Below, in pieces: positions 9,274 to 19,807 of a DNA stretch of 64,000 nucleotides. Source of the DNA: Eukaryota sp. TZLM1-RC (taxonomy: Eukaryota > Protista > Metamonada: BaSk clade); the NCBI GenBank assembly GCA_040285825.1, contig JAUPSS010000001.1:496001-560000 (forward strand), read 5' to 3'. Numbering within the stretch: position 1 is the stretch's first letter; the number at the start of each line of letters is the position of its first letter. The notes beneath the pieces were generated by a model. That model was not told the origin of the DNA. It did no database searches and saw nothing but the letters and a program-made list of their open reading frames with translations. The translations under genes were made by a program, and so were the position numbers.

Positions 9274-12200
9274 CTACAATTTACTAAGATATGAATCATA
9301 ACTAGCATCTGTGGCGGCCTTGATGCTGTCCAACAACTTTCCATCAGTGAGACTCAGCTTGGTGACACTTGAGCCTGACAAAGACCCCTTGAAATACTGA
9401 ATCATAGGATCAAAGTAACTATGATTCCCAACAGGACACATCAAATAATTGATACTCAATTCTTTAGACTTTGCTAGAATTGCATCAAATCTAGACTCCC
9501 AGGTACGACCACTGGGATCTTTGGGGTGATTATCACCTGTGCCACAGTTGAACCTGGAGCCATGATTGGGAGCATCACCAACAATAAATATCATACGGTG
9601 ACCCTTCGGCCAAGAGAGTTCCAGAGCTTTATCCAATCCAGTACAAATGTCTTCAGGGGCATCACCACCTCCAGCAGCTCTTACACTGCGAATTTTGCTA
9701 CTCAGAGTGGATAGATTACCAAAAGGCAGGACCTCAAAAGGTGCAGAATCACCAATGTCGCGATCTAGAGTTAACCAAACAAAGAAAACATACAAGCTAC
9801 AAATCCAAGATTAACCTTAACGGTAGAGGTGTAACCATACGAAGAAGCAGTAGAAGATAAGGATTTTTCAAGCTCTCCGCCCATTCGTATAATGTTTTCA
9901 GCAGTTTCTGCGATATAAGAACCCATACTTGCAGTAGCATCAAACACAAATACCGCGGACATGTCAGTGTTGATGTCTTGTTTCTTGATGAAATCCAAGG
10001 ATAGTCCAGTGGATGGTTTAACTGAAGGCTTTGGCTTCTTATCATAGCTTGAATAGGAGGGCGTTGACTTGGAATTAGATCTAGACTTTGAGTTGGAATC
10101 TTTAGGTTCCTCACCACCAATACCAAAAACAGAACCAATCTTACCTAAAATACCAGAAGCTGTTCCTTTAGAACCAGATAGTCTGGGCATGGGGATACCA
10201 GCAGGATCACTGTTAACTTCCCAATGGCCGTACTTCTTGTAACACCGGGGATCATTCTTGTTCTTGCACTTAGAACCGTTCATACATTTATAAGGAATGA
10301 GAGGAAGACTACCATGAGAAAATTGGAAGCGATGTTTTGGATCAACAATGTCTCTACAACGTTCCCCATGGCGACATTCTTCACGTTCCAGATGGTGGAA
10401 AAGGGCACAGTGGCTTGCATCATCCTTGTCCCTACACCCACTACCAAAGCGGCAAATGTGTACAAAATTAGAAAGGTGGGTTTGTCCAGCGGCAGTTTTG
10501 GCTTTGGAACCATCGTAGTAGTACTCACAGGTCCAAGGATTGCGACACAATGGTTTAGATTCAGTGGATTCAGAGGTGGTTGGTGTGGTTGGTGTGGTTG
10601 GTGTGGCATTCCTAGTTGAAGTAGGGGCCTTCTCCATGGTTTGATCAGCAATAGATTTCGCTGAATGTAAGTGACGCTGAGCAGCATTGACAAAAACTTC
10701 CTTAAATGAAGCATACCCGTCTCCATTCAGCTTAAAACCTATGCAAACATCCTTTGATTTGCACTTCAATTGAGCATGAACAAATTCTAATGGAGGGAAT
10801 TTGAAAGCAGTTTCAGCACCAATTCTTTCCAGCTTAATTTCCCCATTATCTCTGTTGATCACAAGCCCAAACTTTATATAAAGTTCCTTCATTCGAGAAG
10901 GGAAATACAACCGTTGATTAGCAATTTGTTGACCATCGTGGAGATTTGTTGAATTGAAAACAATGACGTTACCTTCATTAAATGAAAAACACATTCCTGA
11001 AGCCTTAGCAATGATTTGCAGATGAAAATTCGTGGAAGCATTAACTTTAAAGGCAACACGAATGGGGTAACCATTGTTGAAGACCTCACGCAACTGCAAC
11101 GAGTTGCATAAAGGTTGAGGAGTTAACACAAAGCTATAACCTTTGCTACACTGGTTAGCATCTTCACTGTTGGTGGACAAATCAGCAGCATGGTCTAAAT
11201 ACTCCTTAGAGCTTACGTCGCCATCAGTTAGAACTAAAAAACCAGGTGTTACGGCATTCAAATCATTGAGTTGTTTTTGGGCTTCAGCAGAAAGCTCTTT
11301 GAAAGTTGACTTTGGCATTAGAATATGTCGAACATAAGAAAATGGAATCATTGGAGCTAAATGGCATTCAAAAGTGTGGTGACTATCAATAGAGAAAATA
11401 GTTTCAAGGCACATTTGGCATGTTACGGTGGACACGCCAACTTTCCTCTTTTCAGCAACCATTCTGGCTAAATCCCAAGCCAACACTTCAGATGCCTTGA
11501 TACAGCCCATATTTTGAATTAAGGAATAGTAAAATCTGATACGTTCGTTAGAATGGGTCTTGGACGGTAACTTGATGTAACTTCTGCCGGCATCATCCAA
11601 ATTTCCTTGGCTATAGTATAATGTTGCAGCAGTAAGGTGAACAAAAGAGGCAGGGTGCTTTGAAAGTTCATCGGAAAAGAATACAGAGATTGGTCCATAT
11701 CTGTGGAAGGTATTCGGACCCAAGTTGGTAAAGACAGTGTGGTCTGTTTTGAGAGCCCTGTCCTTATCGTATCCAATACCAACCTCCTCAGAATTAGCCT
11801 GTTGGTTCAATGTTATGGCAGCTTGAGCAATACCAGTAGCGAGCTGATTCAACTCCTTAAGAGCCTCATTGGGAAGATTCAATAACTTTTTCGATTCTTG
11901 TTGGGCAGCAACATCTACTTCCTGCCCACTAAGCCTTGAGAATTCATTTTTAGCAGCTGTAGCAAGATAATCTGCAACAGTTGAACGATTAGAGAACTTG
12001 TGCAGTCGGTGGTGATTGCGTGCAATGGATTCTATAGTATCGGAGTTGCCTAGCTTATTTTTCATAAAATTAAGAGAGTAAAAGTTGCCATGGGCTAATG
12101 AAGATAAGAATGGTTCTACCTTGATTCTATGGGTAGGCTTAAAACCTAAAATAAACTGGGCGATGCTGGCAATATTTTCGGGAACAGACTTTGTTCCAGA

Positions 12201-15200
12201 GGGTACAACAAACTTTCCAAGTTTAATGGCATTTTCGTAAAAATTAATCTCATGATCAGCAGATAATGAAGGTGGTCTCAATGAACCAACGATTTGGAAA
12301 ATCTTGCTAGAGGGATGTGAGAACATTTGCAAATGATTTGGATCACTCTGCTCAGTGCAACCAACTCTGTGACGGCATTCGTGGCGAGGATGGGGTGCAT
12401 TGTTGTGTTGATAGAGAGCTAGATGATTGTTATCAGTAGAGGAACAATTCTTATCTGGGCAGTTCAGACGGTTCAAATGAATGAAATGCTTAATATGGTC
12501 TGGGGACTTGTCAGTGCAACGAGTACCGTGACGACAAACAAAACGTTCATAGACCATTGGACCTGAACCACCGACAAAAGGATCTTCTGCAAGACGTACA
12601 TGGTTGAAATTATTGACGTGTTCTGAGGTAAGATCAACGCAATTCTTAAAAGGACATTGAACTCGATCGTGGTTATAAAGACATTTTTTGTTTTTTTCAC
12701 GACAATTGGTACCATTGGGACAGGAAGGTCGATGATAAAACGAAGCACGGTGTTTCTCACTTAGATTCTGACAATGAGGTCCGTCCCTACACGAAGGTGC
12801 ATGTTCAAAGGCAGCATCATGTCCAGGATCCTGATGATGGTGTAAACAATTCGTGAAATATTTACAAGGCTTGGTGTGAAAGAACAGCGCTGTATGGGTT
12901 TTTGACGAACGTAGAGAACAGTCAGTTCCATTGGGACAGATTGGGAGATGAATGAATCTTTGAGCATGATCTTTGTCTTTCAAATTTGTGCATTTGTTGG
13001 GTAACTGGGGGCAAGGAAGTTTCAAAGATTTGAGGTTGGTGGCTACAAGATCAGTTTTCAAAAGCGACGCACATTGATTGAGCTGGTCAGAAAATCCACT
13101 AAATATAATTGAATCAAAAAACTTGTGAAAAATGGAAAGTACAAATGATAAAACAGTCATTGCACCGGGAATAGGGTTTCTGAAAGCTCCACAACCAAGA
13201 GGGCAAATCACTAAATGAGTAATTCCGTGTTTAATGGCAGCTAAAAAGACACAAGTCCATCTCTTGTATAGTAATTGTAAATCATCAAAATGAGCATAGT
13301 CTTCACCAAAGTTTTCAACTTCTGAGATTTCTGGCTCCTGAGGAGCAGCAGTACTTATAATGGTAACTCTTTGTGGTTTTTCAAGCAATTGACATCCAGT
13401 AGCTTCAGTTGTTTTGAAAATTTCCACATTTTCGGTAACTACAACATCAATTTTAGCTGTTTTCCATGGATATGCTACCCTTTGGCCAGAAACTACCTGT
13501 CCACCATACTGTTCAGGATCCAAAGCAGCACCTAGAGTTGTTCTTCTGAAAAGTGATTCTTCCTGAGCACTGGCACCCGTGAGATAACCACCACCAGGAT
13601 GTTCCTCATTGGCCATATTGAGGACACCAACAACTCTGTTCCTGTTGGGTTTGATAGAAATAGCGCATTCAAGACAGTCTTTGGGCATGGGCTGGACTGA
13701 GGAGGTCTTTTTCTGTTCCAGAGGCGAAAAACTGTGGTTAATCACATCATCAAAGGAGTAGACATGGTTAATCAAATTAGGAACGTGAAGTTTAACCTCG
13801 GTTTTGTTTTTTGTGTTGTTATCAAAGATGGCATATTTGTTGCCTCCCACAGCACTAATTGTATGAGCTTGGACAATACATAGCGCCAGTCTATACGCAC
13901 CATTAGAACGTCGTCTTATGTTGTTGACATCAAACTTAGAAAGCACTGTCTCCATGAAACTTCCATACTTGTTGATCAATGTATTATAGCTTTTAGCAAG
14001 TGTAAGATGAGGTGATTCTTCTTTCAACAGCATTGGTAACGGAAAGCCAAAATGAAGACGATTAACAAAAGCAACAATTGATTCAACTTCCGAGTCTTCC
14101 CTTAACTTAAAAGAGGACTTCTCATTGATTGGACATCTATTGTGTTCAGTGAGTAAAATTAAACGACGGCCGAAAGTAACCAACCAGCATCTCTTTTCCG
14201 TAAGATCAAATGTTGTAATAAGAGCAGCTTTTGCAAGTTCCAAATCAGTTTGTGGTACGATAGCGAGCTCCCAAGCATGCTTAATCTTAAGATCAGATGC
14301 AGCACCTCGATGGATGACCACGATAAAGTCATGGATTTGCTTAGATGCGGAATTAAGTGATTGAGAGAGATTCGTTTCGGATGACTTGGAAAACACATCA
14401 AATTTGGCAATTGATATTCCCTTTTTGTTCTCATTTACCAATTCAATGACACAATTAGGAAGTTTGGATTGGAGTGACTTTTGTATAGTTGAGGCGTTCT
14501 TCCCACTAGAATAAATGGCTGTCAACTCAATCTTTTCATGATAAACGTTGATATGCATCTCGCTTGCACTAAGCCAAATGTTATTATCTCCAAGAATCAG
14601 ATCTAGAGCACGGACTGGTTCTACTTTTCTACAATTAAATGTCACCAGAAAGAATTGTGGGGAGATTTCTTGAACAGAAAAAGTACCTCCATCCTGAAGA
14701 ATCATTTTGGCAACTTCTTCTACACGATGCAGAGGAAAGGGCTTTTCAGGTTGGAAATACAAAGTGCAGGAAAAACTTTCATACTGCGCAACTTGTCTTT
14801 GAGGTAGTAGATTGCGGAAAACATGGACTTTGATGTTGGTAAACTCTTCAATGCAAGGTCTGATCTGAGGTTCTGCCCAAATACGACGCAGCGATTCATC
14901 TTGCATATCCTTCTCTTGGAGGAAAAGATAAGCTTGTGTTTCTTGATAGGAGGTCATATCTCTATCTATGGGGAAAAGATTGTTTTGTGAAGGATCTGGC
15001 TCCGGTTCTGAAGATGGTTCAGGATGGACAGAAGGGAAAGGGCATGGCATAGGATCATCATAGTGACTACTTTCGGTTTCGGAACTACTACTAGTATCGT
15101 GTACAACATTGTGTGGATTGACGTTAATTAATGAGGGGAACAAACTAGGGCCTGGTTCAAACGCTACATCTTCGGGAGGCTCAAACGGAGAGCTTTCAGC

Positions 15201-15380
15201 AGGGTCGGATAAATCCAATACAACAGTCTTGTGACTTGGATTGAAAAAATCGGGGAATGGTGCCTTGACCATCAATATCCTATTCTTGTTCAATTGGTGA
15301 GGAGGAGAATTATAAGCAAAAATTTGGTGAAGTTTACACATTTCAATGATTGTTACATTTGCACTTCTCCACACAAACAT
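9274..15380 (-). CDS. Multidomain protein: bacterial-type PARG (DUF2263-like) + 13 PBZ-like zinc fingers + putative ADP-ribosyltransferase-like domain + vWA; one 29-nt intron (9765..9793)
   Basis: VLNMANEEHPGGGYLTGASAQEESLFRRT and PLGCGAFRNP (PARG). Repeated C-x5-C-x6/7-H-x5-H fingers. MIDAS-type FDATASM. Splicing GTATGT...TTAACTCTAG restores VAYRDIGD and joins the 9274..9795 ORF (GGGDAPED, IVGDAPNHG). The true start may be MVKAPFP at 15272. Confidence 0.85.
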
Positions 15381-16227
15381 AGCATAATTGTGTTGGTAAT
15401 TATATCATCCATGTACAATTTTGCAACTAATTCAAAGAAGAAAAGAGACTGTATAAATAGTCAATCACTGTTTCCCTAGGGATAAGAAAGGCTCTTGTTT
15501 CTATTTTGAATTGAATCGTGTTATTGATGATATTTGTCTCATCGGTATGATACTCTTCATTAAAAATCAACTACACTTAACAAAATAGCCGTGTGCTTCC
15601 AAAGTATTTGTTTTCAGTTTTTTTACTTTGTTGTTTATACATAAACCTTGTACAAAAAACAGAAATAAGTCGTTGCTATATTTGAGGTAAAAAATAAACA
15701 AATGAATAGAAATGAATAAAATCACCACATGTTTGGATTATGGCGACCATGGATTGCGAGGAAATTAGATCATAATTTTTCTGAATCAATGTGAAATAAC
15801 AAACGATGATTAGATCATTGAAAATGATTTGAGATAGAGTTGGACAAAACTCGACTGAGAAGGTCCAGTTGCAGTTAGTTAGATGGAATATGGAATATTT
15901 TCAGATAACGTGTAATCAATGTGCTTATTCGAGATCAATGCACTTATTTAAAATATGCTTAAAATCTGATTTCCTTTAATGAATGTTCATTCTTTTAAAT
16001 CATGGATGAAAAATTCCAAGAATACTAAACTGTAGTAAAAGGCTATAACTTAAGACAAATATGGAGGCCTATCGCCACCACTATCCACTCAAAAATACTC
16101 TACAATACATAATGCTTTGATGGATGAAAATTTATGTTTCTGGAAAATTAATCAAAGACAGGATTCTTTTGGAACCATCCATAACCTTTGGCCACGTATA
16201 CTTTCTTCATTGTTTTAAACATCTTTT

Positions 16228-19200
16228 ATGGTAAAGTCTTTTCCAGGATACCATTCTTGTCATGAAGTTGCTGCTGGAGCTTTTGGAGTAGTATACAAAG
16301 CTGTTTCTTGCAAGGATCAAAAACTTTATGCTATTAAACAGTTTTTCCTTCCTGCTGATAACCCTGAAGCATTGATGCGTGAGATTGCACCCATGAAACT
16401 CGACCATCCAAATATCTGTCGTGTTATTCGCCATTTTCGTCATTTTGATGGTCAGCATACCAGCGATTGCTTGGTGATGCCGTATTATGAGACGAATCTC
16501 ACCAATTTGATATATCATTCACATATTCGTGAAGATAACTCTCCAGGAGAACCTTTAGAAAATGACCTTGCATGGAAAATATTTTGGCAATTAGTAGAAG
16601 GTATACATTTTTTACATCAAAAAGAAATATGCCATAGGGATCTAAAGCCGGAGAATGTACTGCTGGATGAGCACCTCAATGTAGTGATTTGTGATTTTGG
16701 TTTGGCTAAACCTTTTGACAACATCAACGGCAACCCTTTTAATACATTAGCCACTCCAGCCTACTATCCCCCAGAACTAATTGCATCCGGTCAATATGGC
16801 CCAGCTGCTGACTACTTTGCATTAGGGGTGATTTTCTACGAGATGTTGGTAGGAAAAATGCCTTATGATCCCCTTCTCCCAGATCGTACACTTGAGCCAG
16901 GTGTGCTATCCAAGGTAAATGACCCAAAAGCAAAACAAATCATCGAGAACCTCTTGAATGTAAGACATGAACCAAGATCTTATTCTTTTGATAATCTAGT
17001 CAGGTGGTTACGTCATCGCTTCGATTCTTCATTCCCAACATCATCAGTTTATGAAGTCAACAATGATGATAACGGTCATGTAGATTTGATCGGTTCGGCA
17101 CGTGGTAGTCTTGCCACAGAGGAACCTAGTGCTCCTCCAATTCAAGAAACAACAAATTCTTATACAAACGACAGTCATGGAAGAGGCAACTCTTTTGTTA
17201 CTAAGCCGGAAGGATTGTACCAAATTAGTAAGCTCGACAGTATTCCCAAACACACTCTTCAAGTATCACAACCTTCTTCAGTCACCAAAGAACAAACAAT
17301 CTCAATACACTTTGTTGGTGAGGATGACGTTGAAAGAGTAACTTCTGTTCTTCCATCAATGTTTAGTTCAGTGCAACAAACTGGCAAGTCTGATTATCGT
17401 AATTTCTCTTGTTTGGAATTTCTCGTTTATTACACTTCAAATGAACATTCTGTCACTCTTAAACAACTCGTTAGGAATGGACTGGCCAGTAGTGTTGATT
17501 GTGGCCTGCTTAATTACCCTGTTATTAAAGGTAAAGCTGATCCGTTTCCTGAACACGTTTTTGAGGTTGTTCTTCATCCCTATCTTCGTTATTCGTCAAT
17601 TATTCAAGCAATTAATGTTTCAACAGTTGGTAAAAAGCACAGATTTTATGTTTTAAATGAGCGGAGGTTGCTGATCATGACTTCTAACTATGGTGATCTA
17701 TCCCCAGGGTCTAGCTTTTCCATAAGATTTAACGGACAGAAATGCACTTTTTGCATAGTTTATATGAAAGAGTATAACCCTCTGTCGCCTATTCCAGTAC
17801 TGTTTAATGACGAAACAGCCTCTGTTGATTTGGTGAGGGATACTTTCAGTTGTGTTGATGGGTCATACAACCCTTCACTCAATTTGGAATTATTATCATT
17901 ATATAGTGATCGCAGATACTTTTCCCTAAAACATTGTTTATTCATTAACTGTGTCTCCCAAGCCCACACCTTCTATTGTATTGAAAAAGGAAGGTACTTT
18001 ACTGGTGATGGAGCTAGCAACAGTTTGGAAGTTCAATCAATCACAAATTCTACTTACAGCTTTCCTCAATTAGTGCAATCTGTCTCTGGAACTCAGTTAC
18101 CACAATTGTATTTCAACGACAACACTTTTTGCCTCCAAGAACAGGATTGTTTGGAATGCATTACCCAATGGATGCCCTTGAACGACAAAAAAGTTGGGGT
18201 TTTGTGTATGGGAAGCCCGGACTCTCCTGGAGGTGAGTATTCAAGTGGATCCAATTCCCAAGAATCTTCTCTATTCCGCAGGACTACCTTGATGGCTGGT
18301 TTCGCAGGAGAACAGTTTGGTTCTAGAATCCATTCTTCCAGTCAACGTGTCCCTTATCCATGGGATTCTAACAACATTGATGTTGTGGTTACTGAAGGGG
18401 TAGAAGTCATCAAGAGTACAGAGGTTGATGGCTTAAGACCATTACCTTCCCCTTTTGAAATTGTTGTTTTAACCTCTTCTGCCCCTCAACATCCAGCTAT
18501 TAGAAAACACTTTAAATTTGGTCAAGATTTTGCTAAATTGGATGACTTAGAATTACTCTACAAGAGATGGACCTCTGTCTTTTTAGCTGCCATTAAGCAC
18601 GGAATTACTCATTTGGTGATTTGCCCCCTTGGTTGTGGATTTCTCAAAAATCCTATTCAAGGTAGCATGGAAGCATTGAAAAGTTTATTAATGGTTTTCT
18701 CGCCCTATTTCAGAAGTATTTGTTTCTCAGCTTTTGAAAACTTTTCACAGTTTTCTAATTTATTAAAACCAGAGTTGCCCTTACCTTCAAGACCTCCACA
18801 AATGTTCCACGAACTATTCATCCTCCCTTTTTTCACTCCAGGGTTAGGGTTATCTAGAGTTCTTCCTTGTTGTAAAAAGGGTTCAAAATGCGGAAAGTTC
18901 AAGAATATTCTTTCTCATCAAGCGTTTTTCTCTCATCAAGCTAGTACTGATTTGGTTCTCAATTGCCCTAATCCAATCAAGTCTATTGAACTTCCCACTC
19001 GGCGTCTTCTTAGGTCCCGCTACCAGATCTCGTTTCACTCAAATCCTTTCTGTTCCTTGGAAATTGCATTTTCCTTTGAAAGGGGTGAAAATTATTCCGG
19101 TTTTTGTGTCAAATTTGAATCTGGGCATGTCTCGGTATTCAATTCACCAACTTCCTCCATTGAAGATGGTCCTGTAATCAGCCAACAACTATGTGATTCC

Positions 19201-19404
19201 CTCTGTACATCTTCACTTGCACGGTTTGTTATGTTATTTTACCAAATTGATGGTGACTATTTTGTGGAAGTCCAAGTGTCCGACAATGGTTGTCTTCTTG
19301 CACCACTTTCATTGTCTCCACAAGAAAACGAAATGACCTTCCTACATGCCAGAATGACTGAACATAATGCCACTTTATTGGGATTTAAATATGGGTGCTT
19401 ATAG
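16228..19404 (+). CDS. Ser/Thr protein kinase fused to a PARG-like macrodomain with altered catalytic motif and one PBZ-like finger
   Basis: YAIK, HRDLKPEN, CDFG, PPE, DYFALG. Then GVLCMGSPDSPGGEYSSGSNSQESSLFRRT, PLGCG and CKKGSKCGKFKNILSHQAFFSH. Confidence 0.9.
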   Translation: MVKSFPGYHSCHEVAAGAFGVVYKAVSCKDQKLYAIKQFFLPADNPEALMREIAPMKLDHPNICRVIRHFRHFDGQHTSDCLVMPYYETNLTNLIYHSHIREDNSPGEPLENDLAWKIFWQLVEGIHFLHQKEICHRDLKPENVLLDEHLNVVICDFGLAKPFDNINGNPFNTLATPAYYPPELIASGQYGPAADYFALGVIFYEMLVGKMPYDPLLPDRTLEPGVLSKVNDPKAKQIIENLLNVRHEPRSYSFDNLVRWLRHRFDSSFPTSSVYEVNNDDNGHVDLIGSARGSLATEEPSAPPIQETTNSYTNDSHGRGNSFVTKPEGLYQISKLDSIPKHTLQVSQPSSVTKEQTISIHFVGEDDVERVTSVLPSMFSSVQQTGKSDYRNFSCLEFLVYYTSNEHSVTLKQLVRNGLASSVDCGLLNYPVIKGKADPFPEHVFEVVLHPYLRYSSIIQAINVSTVGKKHRFYVLNERRLLIMTSNYGDLSPGSSFSIRFNGQKCTFCIVYMKEYNPLSPIPVLFNDETASVDLVRDTFSCVDGSYNPSLNLELLSLYSDRRYFSLKHCLFINCVSQAHTFYCIEKGRYFTGDGASNSLEVQSITNSTYSFPQLVQSVSGTQLPQLYFNDNTFCLQEQDCLECITQWMPLNDKKVGVLCMGSPDSPGGEYSSGSNSQESSLFRRTTLMAGFAGEQFGSRIHSSSQRVPYPWDSNNIDVVVTEGVEVIKSTEVDGLRPLPSPFEIVVLTSSAPQHPAIRKHFKFGQDFAKLDDLELLYKRWTSVFLAAIKHGITHLVICPLGCGFLKNPIQGSMEALKSLLMVFSPYFRSICFSAFENFSQFSNLLKPELPLPSRPPQMFHELFILPFFTPGLGLSRVLPCCKKGSKCGKFKNILSHQAFFSHQASTDLVLNCPNPIKSIELPTRRLLRSRYQISFHSNPFCSLEIAFSFERGENYSGFCVKFESGHVSVFNSPTSSIEDGPVISQQLCDSLCTSSLARFVMLFYQIDGDYFVEVQVSDNGCLLAPLSLSPQENEMTFLHARMTEHNATLLGFKYGCL

Positions 19405-19807
19405 CACAAACACGAGTTTGTTGACGACATTTTGTGTTTTCAATATTTGTAAATAAATTTTTTATCCAATGTGTGTAATTGAGAAAATGAGCATTTAAAA
19501 ACATTAAATGATCACCAAAGAGATTGAAAAATGAATACACATTACTGGAAGCGTATAATTTGGGAAAAGGGTCAAGGTAACTAAATGCAGTCAAAAGAAA
19601 CGATTGTAGGGACACTCATGAATCAATATCCGGAATCATGGCATGATTGGACAGTAATGAGTGTCATGAACGAATTTTCACGAATAATCATGGATATTGA
19701 TGTTGGTTGGAGAGGTTTTAAATTGGAACACGCAATGGTTCATAAATCAAAGTGAAATTGGTCACGTTTATTCTTTTCAAACGTGAATCACCATCAGTTT
19801 TCCCTAG

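Noticed and set aside
10577-10606. (GGTTGGTGT)n repeat
   Set aside because: Encodes a low-complexity TPT linker within the large protein.
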